Source: Candidatus Caldarchaeales archaeon (GTDB lineage Archaea > Thermoproteota > Nitrososphaeria_A > Caldarchaeales > Calditenuaceae). From it: a stretch of DNA of 32,000 nt. Both the position numbers and the translations under genes were made by a program. This document shows positions 30,714-32,000 of this stretch, one piece after another. The notes beneath the pieces were generated by a model that was not told where the DNA came from, searched no databases, and worked only from the letters and a program-made list of their open reading frames with translations. Where the stretch lies: the NCBI GenBank assembly GCA_039630085.1, contig JBCNVM010000006.1:1-32000 (forward strand). Direction: 5' to 3'. The first letter of the stretch is position 1. Every line of letters begins with the position of its first letter.

Positions 30714-32000
30714 TCAGAGCAGGAGCGGGATCAGGAACGACGAGCCCATCAGCGCGAGGTAGACGGCGATCGACCTCTGCGTCAGCCCCGACAGCCTCTC
30801 GAGCGCGTCGCCGCTTAGGGCTGGCACGTCCCTGTGGGCCGCCTCGACTACCGAGACCTCGGCCTCCTCCAGCGATCTCAGTGCATCCCTCGCGAGCCGC
30901 CTCAGCCTCTCCGCGACGGCGCCCGCGCTCACCGACTCCCCTATCGTCCTGTAGCCCCTTCCGCCCAGCTTCACGCCGTTCACCGAGTGCGTGTCGGTCG
31001 TGAGGAACTCCACCGCGTCCCAGCCCTCCCCCCTCACGGCCTCGAGGACTAAGGGCCTCACCTCCGGGAGCGCGTTGTTCCCGTCGACGACCGCCATCGC
31101 GAGCCTGTATCCGTTCACCTCCAGCCCGAAGACCGACATCCCTGAGGGCCCCATGCCCTCGGTCGGGCCGAGGTCCTCGGGCACCTCCCTCGCGAGCGCC
31201 ACCTTCGGCCTTCCCGTCACCCGGGCCGATGAGCTCAGGAACCGATCAAGTGCCGCCCTGATCCCAGACAGCTCCCGGTCGGAGAGGCCGTTGTAGCCGT
31301 CCATGAAGGAGTTGTGAGGGTCGATCAGCCTTACGCCTCTGCCGGTGAAGGGCTCCTCGAGGGACTTTGGGAAGTCCTCCATCGGCATCGGGTGGAGCGT
31401 GGCAACGACGAACGTCCTCCCGCACGCCTCGATGCCCACCAAGGTGACGCCGTCGACCTCGCGCTGAGGGAGGATCGACGCGGTCCGGGAGGGAGGACCA
31501 GCGTGACCCGCGACGGAGTCCGCGACCTCAGCCACCACCCTCCTCACGGACCCCGAGTCAGCGACGTCCGCGTCGTGCCCCGCGCAGCCCTTCAGCACTA
31601 GGGCCTCGAAGCCGCGTCTCGAGAGCTCCAGCTCGACCTGGTAGTTCAGCATCGAGCTCCCGACGTTCCTGAAGGGGCCGAAGTGGAAGTCGGTCACGAC
31701 CAGCGCCAGCCTCTTGCCAGAGGCCGTCCTGAAGACAATCGCGGTCGACGCGAAGTCCCTCCTCTCCGAGAGGAGCATCAGCTCCCGCTCGAGGCGTCCC
31801 GGGTCTCCCGCGAGGATCGTCCTCGCGAAGCCCCTCGCGAGCCTGAGGGGCGTGGTCCCTGAGAAGCCGGCGGAGAGCGCTGCGAGCGAAGCAGCGGGCG
31901 CGAAGAACGTCGCGGCGAGTGAAATCGCGACCGGGTGGTGGAGCTCGGGCCGCGGCGCCGCGACCAGATACCTCACGAGGACCTCGGCCACACCGACGGC
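30714..32000 (-). CDS. Conserved membrane-anchored protein of unknown function (possibly DUF2070-like); 5' end probably off the right edge
   Basis: The ORF stays open to the window edge; the track start at 31991 is a GTG with open frame upstream. It has hydrophobic N-terminal segments, a soluble middle (VVTDFHFGPFRNVGSS, ATLHPMPMEDFP) and a C-terminal TM (IAVYLALMGSSFLIPLLL). The family assignment is only a vague recollection. Confidence 0.4.
   Translation of the reverse strand, partial: AVGVAEVLVRYLVAAPRPELHHPVAISLAATFFAPAASLAALSAGFSGTTPLRLARGFARTILAGDPGRLERELMLLSERRDFASTAIVFRTASGKRLALVVTDFHFGPFRNVGSSMLNYQVELELSRRGFEALVLKGCAGHDADVADSGSVRRVVAEVADSVAGHAGPPSRTASILPQREVDGVTLVGIEACGRTFVVATLHPMPMEDFPKSLEEPFTGRGVRLIDPHNSFMDGYNGLSDRELSGIRAALDRFLSSSARVTGRPKVALAREVPEDLGPTEGMGPSGMSVFGLEVNGYRLAMAVVDGNNALPEVRPLVLEAVRGEGWDAVEFLTTDTHSVNGVKLGGRGYRTIGESVSAGAVAERLRRLARDALRSLEEAEVSVVEAAHRDVPALSGDALERLSGLTQRSIAVYLALMGSSFLIPLLL

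Noticed and set aside
1-32000. A mobile element, provirus, CRISPR array or classical defence island.
   Set aside because: I recognised no integrase, transposase, terminal repeats, cas genes, spacer-repeat periodicity or toxin-antitoxin-like pairs. Apart from the secreted-protein gene, composition looks uniform by eye.

Overview
High-GC window (about two-thirds G+C by eye, not computed), densely coding and clearly archaeal. Evidence for that: crenactin, A-type ATPase subunits, Topo VI subunit A, aCPSF1/FttA, EndoQ, and TATA boxes about 25-35 nt upstream of start codons. I support 29 protein genes. I recognise no rRNA, tRNA, CRISPR array, transposase or integrase. All family calls rest on motifs read by eye; nothing was searched. 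The window is rich in DNA-transaction genes: a short hinge-less SMC-like ATPase coupled to a kleisin-like protein, a PolB with degenerate motifs plus an overlapping small ORF, EndoQ, Nfo, Top6A followed by an Mre11/SbcD-related phosphoesterase and a SWIM protein, and a NUDIX hydrolase. It also holds a crenactin gene in an unusual neighbourhood (zinc-ribbon ORF, crenactin, DUF354, EndoQ), an ECF transporter operon ending in an alcohol dehydrogenase, an orphan CoxL-like molybdoenzyme subunit, and two secreted proteins, one of which is absent from the ORF track. Best candidates for something undescribed: (1) the mini-SMC/kleisin pair and its linkage to the PolB pair, (2) the crenactin cluster, (3) the Top6A-phosphoesterase-SWIM trio. 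Many long ORFs in the track are antisense artefacts of the high GC content.
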